Translations under genes and position numbers: made by a program | Origin: Dicyema japonicum | Taxonomy: Eukaryota; Animalia; Dicyemida | DNA: 64,000 nt | Reading direction: 5' to 3' | Assembly: GCA_011109175.1 (NCBI GenBank) | Contig: RDEW01000009.1 | Coordinates: 578,875-642,874, forward strand | Part shown: positions 52,067-64,000 of the stretch, piece after piece | Layout of the letters: the number at the start of each line of letters is the position of its first letter | How positions within the stretch are numbered: the stretch's first letter is position 1 | The notes under the pieces: model-generated | What the model saw: the letters and a program-made list of their open reading frames with translations, nothing else | What the model was told of the DNA's origin: nothing | Database searches by the model: none

Positions 52067-53371
52067 AAGTCAATTATGTATGTGCAAGCGCTTTTTAATA
52101 TAGTTTTCTTTTATTTAAATTTTTTGATAATTCTACTTTTAAAATAATTCATTTGTATTTTAACAATATCATTTATTTTATTGAAATTATCATACCTCAA
52201 AGTCTGGGAGCGTGAACTTTTGGTAGTTACTTTCATGTTAGCCACTGGTTGCCTTCACTTGAAGCGACTGGAGTAAATAAAATACCTCCAAGTGGTTAAT
52301 TTGGTCGGAAGGTCGAGATGGTGACGTATGGACGAATTGTCTACTTAGTTTCTTGACGAAAGTTCTCATCTTCCTTCTTTTCGTGAGCATGGACCAGGTA
52401 ACGGAATCGGGAGACATCAGAAACCCGAAGGACCCTAGTTAGAACTAGTACAACCCAAAATTGAATGAACTTGTAAGATCATCCCCAGAAGCTACAGATA
52501 AAATATTATTAATGCTCTTTCGCCATGTCATGTTCTTGGCAAAGAATGTGCATCTCGATAAACTAAAAAAACGTCATCCTCCTCCATTCGTTTCTATCGT
52601 GAGCAAGTCTATTCTCTCCCTTTCTGAGATGCTTTCCAATCTTTTGGTGGTTATCTTCCAGGACTATTTATAGGGTGGTCCTTAGTCCTTCACAGAATCA
52701 GGGAGCGTTTGAGGTGAAGAAATCCTCTATTGCCACCGTCCAAGACCATCGGTAGGGTGGTCCTTGGTCCCCCCAGAATCAGGTTCTTAGATCCAAGATA
52801 GAATAATGTGATTTTTAAATGGTAATCTAAATGATATATGGTTTTTAATAATAATAGTAGGTCACTTCGCTTCATTCACATGCTGTTAGTTCATATGACG
52901 GCTTTATCGCTCTTAGCCGATAAATGAGTTCTACATTGAGTTATGAGTTAAGTTGAAGATTTCTTCCTTCTAGTGGCGTCTTCGTATCAATCTTATTCAG
53001 GATACGACAATGCCTGGACGGCATTCAAAAGGAATCATTCCACTGGGAGATTATTTCGCACCCTGGCGACGAGTTCTGGATTTGACTTCAGATACCAGGA
53101 AAATATCCTTTAGATCACTGCGCTTGGATTGTGGCTCTATTGGAACGCGACAGGATCACTGGATTAGTTAGTTTGGTTATACCCTTGGTCTTTGGAATAA
53201 TTGAAATTAACTTCATAATCATAGTTAATGGTCGTAAATTTTTCGTCTTAATAAAAAAATTAAGTCAAAATTTCGTGTCTTCTAACTCGGGGATGATGTA
53301 AAATGGTGATTTTACTTTCATTTGTACTTCATTTTATGAAAATTAATTTTTTCTATTTTCTCAATTCAGGA

Positions 53372-53657
53372 ACTAGTGTCCTAAAATCCTGATGGTTCCG
53401 GGTTCGAGTCTCGTTGCTGCACATTCCGGCTGGGGGTTCCATGCATTAATAATTCTTTGGATTCGACAAATGAAGCCGTCATCAGTGAATACTTTACTAC
53501 AAGGACTCACAAGCAAAAAATTAAAAAGAAGAAGCTGAAGAACATTCTTTGGCTCCTTCCTTTTTAACCATAACTGTTTTTTACTCAAATAAAGCGTGTG
53601 TCTTGTCTATACGGAGCTATAAATATTATGGCTCTCATCTAAGGGCTGTAATTATTC
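53372..53657 (+). mobile_element. Older SINE copy
   Basis: B box ggttcgagtct, gccgtcatcagtg core, ggagctataaatattatggctctc tail. Confidence 0.8.
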
Positions 53658-55574
53658 AGGGACCAGTCTGAAATGGTGATTTAAATGTCATTTATATTTC
53701 ATTTTGTTAGAGTCAGCTCATCTTCCAACTCAGGAAACACGTGGTTTTATCTTATGCCGTAAAATGAATTTTTGATTTCTTCTAACTCCAGAATCAATCT
53801 CATATTATCTCAGGAATTGGTCTGGTAGAAAAGGATCGTTTTTGACACATTTTATGATTATCATTAAAAACATTCTGGAATTAATAATCTAACTAATAAT
53901 TCCTTCTATTCTCTCGTGGCAAAGTTGTCAAAATTTATCCATGTTTCGATACAAACGAGATTCGAACACAGAGCATAGTGTATCAGACTCTTTCTCATTC
54001 TGAAACTTTGTACATCCACTATTTACTGAATCCATCATTTCATTCATTCATGTGAGAAAAAGTGAAGCGAGAAGTCACATCCATCTTGAAGGGATAAATA
54101 AATTGTGTTCACTAAAACTAAGTCATCGATTCAACTATTCGACCAACTAATCATTTAAACTTATAGGTCAGGACCTGTCTTTTCTTGTGAAAGTTTAATA
54201 TGTAATAATGGTCTCTACTTGTTGGTTGAGTGGTTGGTGGTCTCTCTAATAATGTCTTTATCATACTCTCAGTCTGTCCATCCTACCCCTTTTATAACTA
54301 CAATTTTCGACGTCAGAGGACAGTGGACGACCTGGAAGGAAGATAGTTACATGGGGAAAACTGGTAGAGCGGATAGTGAAGAACACTGCACAAGCGGAAC
54401 CCTAAGTATTCATATGCTTACGGGTCAGATGAATTTACTGTATTTTTTCAACCCCAAATTCAATCTTTATCGGCGATCTGAATTCAAAGAACATTAATTT
54501 AAGCTACTAACGCATTAATCATGATGGGCCCCTATTCTTTTAACTTAAGTTTAACATCTGAAGAGTTAAACCACTTTTTCTTATATAGCGGCCACAAACA
54601 TGGTGTTTTCTATGTATCCTCTCCCTTTTTGCCGCATACGAAACATCCAATCATTCTTTTGAATATTTATTGAACATAAATCGTAATAAAAGTATTAATA
54701 AAAGACCCCCCTGTTTAAGTTAGAATAAAATCTTCCTAAAATCTTGAAACAAGTTGAGTGCTAAATGCGGGCTTCTTTTCAAAGGGCTGATCATGCGAAG
54801 GTCAAAATTGTTTTAATAGTACTCACTTGTAACTTTCCTCTTCGCACGTATCCGTAGTTCATCAAGGTTGTCCGCTGTTTTCATTTTTCCATCAACTTTT
54901 TTATAATCTTGATCCAGAAAAGTAAAGAAACAGTTATCTGTCGTCCACGAAAGCTTCCAGTTTCATTTATTAAAAATTTTTCATTCTTCACTGGAAAAGG
55001 TCAACGTAGAAAAATGTAAGCATTTTTTCTACGAGCAATATCTTCAGGATCTTTAGAATTGGCCGAACTTTTTGTGAACCTCCACTTTTTATCAACACGC
55101 GCTTTATATAAATGAATCTTTATATAAAAAGTAGATCTAACCATGCATCTTCTACGTGTGCGCTTCGTGGGGCCCAATCATCTTTGTTAGGGGTCGAGGG
55201 ACCAAGGTTGGTGCGTTGGGTCTCGTTGGAATTACTTAATTTAATTTATTAACTCAAGAACCACAAGAAAGAGGAAAAGAGTTATCTTGTAAATTAAATG
55301 ATCCCATTGTTCACAGCAGGCTTTCTCCGCAGTTAGTTTGGAGTCCTATATTAATCCCCACAAAGGGAAGGTTTTTTTTCGTACCTTGTGCGAGATATAT
55401 TGTAAGGATGCCGCGTGACTTACATACATGGTGGTATTTCTCACTTGAAGTGATGCAAAAGAGTCGCAAACTCCTTTCCCGCAATCATGACGGCGTGGAT
55501 GGTGGCTGGATCACTTAGTTCTGGTTTTAACGATAATCCTGGTTTATTAATGATAATAATTATAATTTCGCAAG

Positions 55575-56880
55575 TAAACCAGAGAATTGAGAAACTCGTG
55601 AATATCAAATTAAATTCAGTGAATGTGTTCAAGGCTATTAACGAGCATGCTCTGTCTTTATATAACTATTATATTGGACTTATTAATGTGGAACCCTGTG
55701 AATACGAATTGATTGACTCAGCTATCCGCACCATATCGATTAAACATCGAGTCCATCTCAAACCTGCATGCAAGCAGAGGCTTTATTTAACGAGGAATTA
55801 TCTGGGGAAGGCTACGTTCAATCTCTCTTCTAAGTGAGAAGATGTTTATGGATTTTTTCATGATTTAAAACTCAGAAGTACTGTTTGCAGTAGAAGTGCC
55901 GCAATTCTTCAAGCTGAAATTTCGGAGAAAACACATTTGGCATTAATCGAAGAATTTCTAGGACACAAGTATTCTGTTTGCGACACTTCTGAGTTGGATA
56001 TAAAATTGATATCGAACATGCAAAAAGAAGGTTTAATGAATCAAATAAGATTGAAGAGTCTTCATTCCGTTATTTATAAGAATTTGTTGGAGGATTATGT
56101 GAATATAGAAGATTCCTCTCATTGGCTTCTAAAAGGTAATAACTCCCCAAGATCGGAAGCCTTATTCTGCCTTATTCAAAATAGGAATCTGTCCTTTGGA
56201 GAACAAAATTCAATGTTCACCCATTGTAAAAAATGGAAGAAGACTGTGGATCATTGTGTCACAAGGTGTGAGAAGATGTTGCATGGGGAATATTTAAGAA
56301 GACATAACGAAGTCGTGAGGTGTCTACATTTTAACTTTTGCAGAGAATTTGGTCTCAAAAAACGAGAAGAAATTGAAGACTGATTAAGTGCAATCCATTT
56401 AATGAATTACTAGTTGAAATCAGAGTTGACACTTTATCAAAACGGACATAATTATTGAGCATAACAAGCCAGACCTGTTCGTTTTTGATAAAAGGAGAAA
56501 CAAAATTATCTTGGTCGAAGGGAATAACATCTTCCCAAAATCTACAGCAGGTGGAATACGAAAAGCTGAGGAAGTATGACCTTCTTTCCAAAAAGCTGGA
56601 GTTGATACACCACGCAGAGGGCAAGATTGTCCCGATTGTACTCACTTATGATGGCCTAATGACTTCACATTTGTGAAGTATGCCAGATCTTTGAATATAA
56701 GTGAAAGAACGTATGCGAATGTTCAATCGCTGGTAATCAAGAAGACTTTGGAGAGTATGATTGTATCATATAGGAACAAGTCGACGTTTCGCGGCGTTAT
56801 GATAAACTTAATGAAACGGTAAATGATATTTTCGAGCAGTTCGTCTTTTACAGAGGGGAGTTCAACCTACGAATATTTGT
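55575..56880 (+). mobile_element. R4/Dong-like RLE non-LTR retrotransposon 3' fragment
   Basis: LNSVNVFKAINEHALS..KQRLYL.R, C..C..TVDH..C..YLRRHNEV, IEHNKPDL, EKLRKYD. Confidence 0.75.
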
Positions 56881-57189
56881 ATTCACGACAGTTAAGAAGA
56901 AATGTAATGGATAATAAAGAAAAAACTGAGATTATTGCCGAAAATTTTTTCCAGGACTCTGATAACCCTTAGTCGGATATCTTGTGATGTTTATGAATTT
57001 TTGTCGCCGGGACAGAGTGGGTTCAGATAGGGACGCTTGACCGCAGATGCTGTTTGGTCTCACAGGTGGATATGTGCTGTGTGTCAACGATACAGGAGTG
57101 ATTTTAAGATTTTGGGCGTGGACATCTCCAGTGCGTTTGACATTGTCAACAGAGAAAAACATTGTTGACATTGTCAACAGAAAAAACAT

Positions 57190-58230
57190 TGTTGACGTTG
57201 CGGGAGTTTGTCCGTTTCCTACTATCAAACACTGAATTAACTGTACGAGTTGGGAACACAACATCGAAGCCTTTCGGGACAACAGTTGGAATACCTCAGG
57301 GGGACTCTCAATCTCCTGTTCTATTCGCCGTAAACCTGAAGCGGCATTGAGAGCTCTTAAACAAGATGTGAAGGATGCATGCCGATGGAGATTATATATG
57401 CAGATGACATAGATTTTGTGTCAGAAAATGATCTGGAACTTGGACTTGTTTTAGAGAAAATCCCTGGAGAATTTAAGAATTGGTCTCTGCGAGTTAATCA
57501 GGAAAAGACTGAACACATAAGAATCACAAGGGAATTAAAATATATTGATGAAAATTGGAAAAAAAAGGAAATTGGTATCCTTACTTGGTGATAGTGAGGA
57601 CATGATGTACAGAAGAGTTCTAGCCACTGCCATGTATAAGAAAATGCAGAAGATATGGATTTGACGAAAACTAATAAAACAAATCTAAGAATAAGACTAT
57701 ACAACGCATGTATAAAGCCGGTGCTTATGTACAACTCGGGTACATGGGGGTCACAGAGCTAGAGCTTAAGAAAATAAATATATTTCATCAAAAAATTACG
57801 CAATTTAATGGGCCTAGGTTGGCCCAATAAGATTTCAAATAAGAAATTATACTTGTGGCACAATCGAGGCCAATAAGCATTAACATTATTGAATCAAGAT
57901 GAAGACAGTTTGGGCACGTGCTTAGAATGGACATAAACGCCTCTGCAAATATAATAATGGAAAATTACTTTAACGATGAGAACAAACCATCGTTCAGAGG
58001 AAGAAAAACTAAAATCTGTAGAGTCACTCTACCCGTGGCTCTGAACAAGGATCTTAATGGAATTGGAGAAAACTTAAATCTGCAAAAGACATAGAAGATC
58101 TAAGGACAGATGCGCAAAGCAAGGGCGATGGAGACGCCTAGTGAAGCAGATTTGAAACGTGTGCACAAACGGGACTTAGTTAATATAACGTTCTTTGGTT
58201 CTGTGAAAGTGCTTTTAATATAATTAATAA
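57190..58230 (+). mobile_element. RTE-like LINE RT and 3' end
   Basis: GIPQGDSQSPVLF, IIYADDIDF, YNACIKPVL.YN, FGHVLRM, TLPVALNKDL. Confidence 0.85.
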
Positions 58231-58636
58231 TAAAGGATATTTACTCTCGGTCTAATTATGAAGAAATTCAAAAGAAGAGTGTGATCGAAGTGATGACTAT
58301 ATATATTGAGGAAAAGGACTGTGAAAATTGGTTTACTCCCATAGTTGCTCGAAGAGGAAACGAATTGGATAGAATTAACCTTTAAGATAAAAAGAGAATA
58401 AATAAAGAGAATAATTGTTTTTTATTATTAATAATTAGTCTGCTAGAGCTTGCTGGGATCACGTGATTAGTTAGTTTGTGTGATCGTGGTCTCTGGTTTT
58501 GTTATTATTATTATGACGTCTTATGTTTTTTCAATGTGAAATTTAAGTTTTCTGAAGTAGACATAATGTAACAAATCTTAACCCGGGGACCACATACGGA
58601 GGGTAAGAGTCATCACTATTGTACTGATCCCGCTGG

Positions 58637-58715
58637 CTTAACGAGTGACGCAGTCATCAGTGAAAAAATCACTGCAGAACTGGATTATCTCCTGGAACTC
58701 ACACGGAACAAAAAA
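58637..58715 (+). mobile_element. SINE core fragment
   Basis: acgagtgacgcagtcatcagtgaaaaaatcactgcagaactggatt. Confidence 0.65.
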
Positions 58716-59049
58716 TTCCTCCATATTTTGTGGTAGGCGAGTTTCTATCTCAGAGCTAAATTCGAATCCATAGTGGATCCGACTATTCTTTCATATATCA
58801 AATACCTCCGTTAATCATTTTACGCATTCACAAGAAAAGCAAAACGAGAAATTTCACTCTTCATGTTCAATCCATTTAGCAGACCACAAGTTAATTAAGT
58901 CAATAATTTAATGTGTCACATGGGTCTATTCTTTAGTGAGGTGAAGTCATTAATTATATAACATCAAAGGGATATTTATTGTGACTTCTAATCACCAATT
59001 GAAGCTAAAAAAATAGTCCAGAAATTCCTTATATGCTTTGTTATCCAAT

Positions 59050-59295
59050 TAAGTCGTGTCCGACCCTAGGAGATCTCATGAACAAGTTTCCTCACTCTCC
59101 CCGATCCGTCGCAATTTGAGTAGCCTTGATATAGGCATTCCGTGACGTCTTCCACCGTGGATAGCCACCGAGTCCTCGGTCGACCAGGTCTTCTCTTCTC
59201 AGTAATATTGCTCAGCATCAATATTACTCACGTGTGTTACAACGTGTTGTTGTGGTGTTTATACATTCTCAGAAACTTATCCCAATATAAGAGCT
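59050..59295 (-). mobile_element. BovB-like RTE 3' end
   Basis: RRPGRPRTRWL and terminal ggtcggacacgacttaa, resembling BovB-type ends. Confidence 0.7.
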
Positions 59296-59296
59296 G

Positions 59297-60150
59297 TTGG
59301 GGAAAGACCTGGCAACCTACTCTGTATTTAAATGCCAAGAAAATCTTATGAGCAAACTCTCCTACGATCTAATTGGAAGCAACGTTACTACAAAACATCA
59401 AATCTCGAGTCTTCTCACACAGAATCTCACAATTTAGCAACATGGAACGTAAGAGGCTTAAGCGAAGGGAAACTAGAAGTCGTAAAAAAAGAAATGAGAA
59501 GGCTTGATATTGACCTGCTTGGAGTAAGCGAATTGGATCGACAGTGGTTTTTTTCGTTCTGATGATTTCGTCATATATTAGTCTGGTAACATTAATGCGA
59601 AGAGAAATGGAGTGGCCTTCATTGCTTCAAAGAAAATTGCACCTGCTATTGAAAGTCATAGAATATTTAGAATATTACGGTCATGCAAGTGTATGGCCCA
59701 ACATCCATTGCCAAGGATGACGAAATTGACCAATTTTATTATGAATTTCAAAAGACACTAAAACTAATACCCAAAAAGAACATAATCTACATAATGGGGG
59801 ATTTCAATTCAAAAGTTGGGTGTATGCCACATACGGATATTGTGGGAAGTTTTAGTTTGGGGAAAAGAAATGATGCTGGGGATCGACTGGTCCAATTCTT
59901 CAGGAAAATGGATTTCAGATAACTAACACATGGTTCAAACAGCACAAACGACGATTATACACTTGGACGTCGCCAAATGGAATGTCTAGGAACCAGATTG
60001 ATTATATTTTATGCGCCAAACGCTGGAAAAGCTCTATAACAGCCGTCAAAACAAATCCAAGGGCAGACTGTGGAACAGACCATCAGCTACTTGTTGCAAA
60101 AATTAGGACGAAATTCAGTAACACTTGGAATACCCCCGAGTAAAGAAATT
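59297..60150 (+). mobile_element. BovB-like RTE 5' part (APE endonuclease)
   Basis: LATWNVRGLSEGKLEVVK.EM.RL.ID.LGVSE, MQVYGPTS, MGDFNSKVG, YTWTSPNG..RNQIDY, ADCGTDHQLL. Confidence 0.88.
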
Positions 60151-60986
60151 CGACGTCTCAAATATACCACCAGAGATTCCTTAAGTGAGGATAACCAAGT
60201 CGTCTCTATTTGCCAATGATGGATATTTCCTAACTTTTCTTTAATCAAACCTTAAGATGATTCCTCAAATCATCAAGATTAAAAGATAAGTGACAAGCGA
60301 TTTATTTTAATAATCCCCGCAATCCTGAGGAGGAATAGCCATGCAGTTACGGCTGCGGCCTGCTAACTCGATTTTTTCTCGCTCGTTTTTATTTTGACTG
60401 ATAAAATTTTCAATAGTCTACTACAGGAGTAAATCAATTTACTGTACACTTCACACCAAAGGCAGTTAATTTTCAAATTGATTCAACATCATCAATATCA
60501 AAAAATAAAAATCACTTTTGCTGATGTCAAGGTTAAAGTTTCAACCAACGTAATAGACCACTTCAATGTCTACACATAAATAGATATTAGAATACTAAAT
60601 TTACCTAAATTTAAATTTATTCGTTTACCTTCTCGAAAAAATGAAAGTAATACATAGAAACATAGTTTTAATTAATTAACACAGCAATCCATCCATAGTA
60701 GTCCCAGCCGACATTACCGATGTTGCCTCTCACGATTGTAACAGGGATCAACTGGAGAAGGCACTTGGTCTCACGTGCGTCGTGGCTTTTTAGTGTAGCT
60801 AGACGTACAAGTTTCTTTAGGAAGCGAAGTGATTTCCCATTTATTCCTCCAATGAAATATAAATAAAATTGGTTTGCTTAAGAACGGATTCCTCTTGGGA
60901 ATTTCCTTGAAATTATAAAAATATGATCGATTACGTAATACCGTTAAATACACCATTTTTAAATTCAGCTATTGACGCAGATAATA

Positions 60987-62480
60987 ATGTTCATTTTCTT
61001 CTTTTTTATATGTATGTTACACACGCATTCATTTATGAGCAATCCACTTATATAACTTGCAGATAACCTGGTTGCGGATATCACTGTATATCCAGAATAT
61101 ACCATAACGGAGCTGACTTATGCAGGCTCAATTTGCCAAGGGTATCAATCCGACGTTGGAGTGAGATGGTTAAGAAACAACAAATATATTCAGCCAAAGT
61201 GATTAATTGTTGATAAATTAGTGATAAATATTGTCATCTGGGTATTTTATCGCCAACAAGAGTTATTCTTAACATTGATGTAAACAACGGAACTGTTGGT
61301 GAATACAAGTGCATATCAGAAAAAACTAAACAAGTTGTGACTTTCAGACTCGAGACTCCTTGTAAATCAATTTTAAAATATTTTAGCTTCTTTAATCGAA
61401 TTTAAGAAATGTTACTCCACACAGGTTAACGCAAACGATGAGGCATTCCTCAACTGCTATGCGATCTCTAATAAAGTGCATTTCTCCATATTTTGGAAAA
61501 AGGATGGCGAGAAATTAGAAGGTATTAGACTATTCTAATGTTAGAAAATGGAAATTTCGGGTGAGTCCACTAGGACTTCACATTTCAAATTCGAATTTGA
61601 ATGACAATGGAATTTACACATTAGTAGTCGTGGAAGCTGAAAAATATACACAAACAATAAATGTCAGTTTGACCGTAATCTGTATTTTCCATAAAATATT
61701 CTTTAGTGAATCCAGTTATCTACTTTGAGTCTCGAAGATTAAAATTTGGCGATGATCATAATATCTCATGTCAAGTACATTCAAATACAAAATTCAAAAT
61801 GTACATATTAAACGCTGAGGATAAAAAGCCAGTATGTTTGGGTTTAAATTGTAGAAACAATCAATTATCAGTAATAATTATGGACTTTACAATATCACAC
61901 AATCCATTATTAGCCTGAACAAACCTGAGCCTTATACTTATTATAATTACACGTGCGTCGTTATTGGAGATAGAACTTATTTATCAAAAGAGGCTTCTTT
62001 TAATTTTCTCGGTATGAAACTAATGAGGTACTTTTAGATCTCCCAGAAAGGGTGAACCTTACTGTCTATGGAACCAATGTAGGTTGGATCCTCCCCGACG
62101 TGAATACTTTTCAAATAACTTGGTACGTTGTACAAATTGCTTCAAACGAAACCTCTTTTGCCATGAATTTAACATTGGGTGGAAAATCTCACCATGTCGA
62201 CATGAAGGCAAACGTGGAAAAAGCAGGGACCTACGTCATTACAGTGTGGGCGGTTAACGAGGTCGGAAGTTCACTACCGTCTACTACATCCATAGATATT
62301 TTTGGTTAGTGCACGTGGGTGACCGTATAGAATATAGTAAAGCCACCATGAAGAATAATACCACAATATATATTGTTGTGGGGTTTATTGGAGTCGTTGC
62401 TGCTTTTATAATTACTGGATCATATTTGTTTTAAATCGGAAAAGAAAGTTAATACATTGCAATAGAATTGAATTTCTAAG
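60987..62480 (+). CDS. Single-pass membrane protein with Ig-like and FN3 domains, multi-exon; boundaries approximate
   Basis: Hydrophobic N-terminus; G.YKC; FLNCYA..IFWKKDG..NGIYTL; FN3-like TYVITVWAVNEVGSS; TM segment IYIVVGFIGVVAAFIITG. Confidence 0.7.
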
Positions 62481-62739
62481 TGTCCTTGAGATTTCATAGA
62501 TTTGACGTATATTCTCTTTATTTTCTGTTAATCATCTTAATAAGAATTAACCACGTCGTATTTTATTATTATTGTTGGCACTTACAGCTTCTTTCATTTT
62601 TTGGCTACTCTTTGCCATGTCCCGTATCCTGTCAAAGTCTCTCCGACCTTGATGCGTTTCTCGATTACGCCGTATTTTGTGAAGATTAAATCCTTCCCTA
62701 CCTTGATGCGTCTCCTGATTACGCCGTATTTTGTAATAA

Positions 62740-63190
62740 TTGGTTAGTTAAGTAACCCCGACCTCACTAACTTGTAAGAGACCAGTGGCTATTAAGTAGG
62801 ACGCAGCAAATGCCGTTCATTCCCATAGATCAGACAGTCTGGCATTGTAGACGAACATTGTACTAATTTAGGAGATTATAAAAAATGATTTGCTGTCAAC
62901 TCAGAGAGGTTACAAAAGGAACAGACGACATCTTTTACATTGTCCAGTTTGCATACGTACGTCTGTAGAGAGGGGTGGTGCCCACATCGTAGACGAGCCA
63001 GGTTTACCCAGATGCCCTTCGGAAAAGAAGACTCATATTGGTCTATTGGAGGCAAGGGCTGATTTAGTATTTTATTATCACCGAGTCTTCGGATGGTTCT
63101 CGTATAAACATAATCGTGTATCTGTTTCAGACAACCCGAGTCAGGCAATGTCTGCTCATCTTTTTTTACTAGCAATCTAAACATCTGTAG
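62740..63190 (-). mobile_element. Vingi-like LINE 3' end with C-terminal zinc finger
   Basis: LARLRCGHHPSL..Y..CSFC....ANHFL; terminal ggggttacttaactaa. Confidence 0.8.
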
Positions 63191-63399
63191 CTTTATCCAA
63201 ACAAAACTGAAGCATGTAACTTCACTTCGTCGGTCACAAAATCTACATAGTCCTCATAGATTAGTTTAACTAAAAGTCCGTTTAGGTAACCAATTCTTTC
63301 CGAACGTCCATCAAAGTAGCTTCCAAACTAATCGCAAAAAGAACCTCCGAAAGTGAATCACCATGAGAGTACCAATACCAGTCGTAAATGTTTCTAAAT

Positions 63400-64000
63400 A
63401 ACTTTTATCCATCTTCAACTTAAGACGAGTAAGTAAGTAAGTTATATTATAAAGAAAAAACACTGTAAATTAACGATGGGAGAAGTAATATAAAACGGTA
63501 GGGCATGCCAACGACTTCTAACCCGACAGTCTCAACCAAAAAATTGGTAAACACAGTCATCTCTGAAGATATGTGCCAGATACTTTAGTGCGATTTTTGT
63601 AACCTCGAATAAATTTTCGATGTTCCGCCAACCTTGCACATTTTTCCTTCCAACCATAGGGAATTGGCATACGAGGACGAAGATATGTGCCAGATACTTT
63701 AGTGCGATTTTGTAACCTCGAATAAGATTTTCGATAGTTCCGCCAACCTTGCACATTTTTCCTTTTAACCATAGGGGAATTGGCATACGAGGACTTATCC
63801 CGTAAGCAAGCTTTAGAGCAAAATTTCTTGAAGATAGAGTCTCTTTTTCGAATCGTACCATCCTTCTAAACCGTATAGCATTGCAGGTAGTATTGTAGTG
63901 TTGAAGACATAAACAAAGGTCTTCCGGCTCGAGCTTTTAAATTTTCTAACGCAGTAAAGAGCGTTCGTAGCTTTTTTCTTTCGTATTTTAGCATATTCCA
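63400..64000 (-). mobile_element. LINE RT thumb fragment with an internal ~114-bp tandem duplication (63565-63678, 63679-63794)
   Basis: FNTTILPAMLYGLEGW..ALKLAYGISPR; two adjacent near-identical units. Confidence 0.7.

Noticed and set aside
54560-55130. Possible DNA transposase remnant (NETG-like) on the minus strand
   Set aside because: Too degenerate; no second catalytic motif or terminal inverted repeat found
57137-57200. Palindromic 27-28 bp repeat (ttgacattgtcaa) x2.5, CRISPR-like at first glance
   Set aside because: No unique spacers, eukaryotic context and no cas genes; it is a local duplication within RT coding sequence (the DIVNREKLL-like segment)
60315-60370. GC-rich motif with ttcctcc on the minus strand, HDV-like
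   Set aside because: No P4, J4/2 or P2' can be built; it ends ggggattattaaaataa like a LINE 3' end
62646-62734. Two 35-bp repeats with a 54-bp period
   Set aside because: Lies at a Vingi-like 3' end; ordinary tail duplication
63565-63794. ~114-bp tandem repeat producing repetitive ORFs
   Set aside because: Internal duplication of a decayed LINE thumb region, only two units

Overview
AT-rich animal genomic DNA in the standard genetic code, with extremely short GT-AG introns (22-26 nt in PGK). This fits a dicyemid mesozoan best; a myxozoan is the alternative (inference, not verified). Host genes are PGK, PPWD1, CSTF3, RCC1, a frameshifted RPL31, an Ig/FN3 membrane protein and two unknown multi-exon loci, one of them tandemly duplicated (about 1.43 kb). 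They sit as islands among decayed non-LTR retrotransposons (Vingi/ingi-like, CRE-like, RTE-like, BovB-like, R4/Dong-like), a tRNA-derived SINE family and a Tc1 fragment. The most striking signal is a Vingi-like 5' module. It consists of a ~60-nt four-helix pseudoknot with HDV-ribozyme topology but a non-canonical core, covarying across five well-formed and two decayed copies. A 2A-like StopGo motif and APE-RT follow it. A covarying 3'-terminal stem ends the element, and ~300-bp TSD-flanked mini-elements keep only the two ends. Clade names come from motif recognition, and most TE boundaries are approximate. Several frame breaks look like homopolymer consensus errors.
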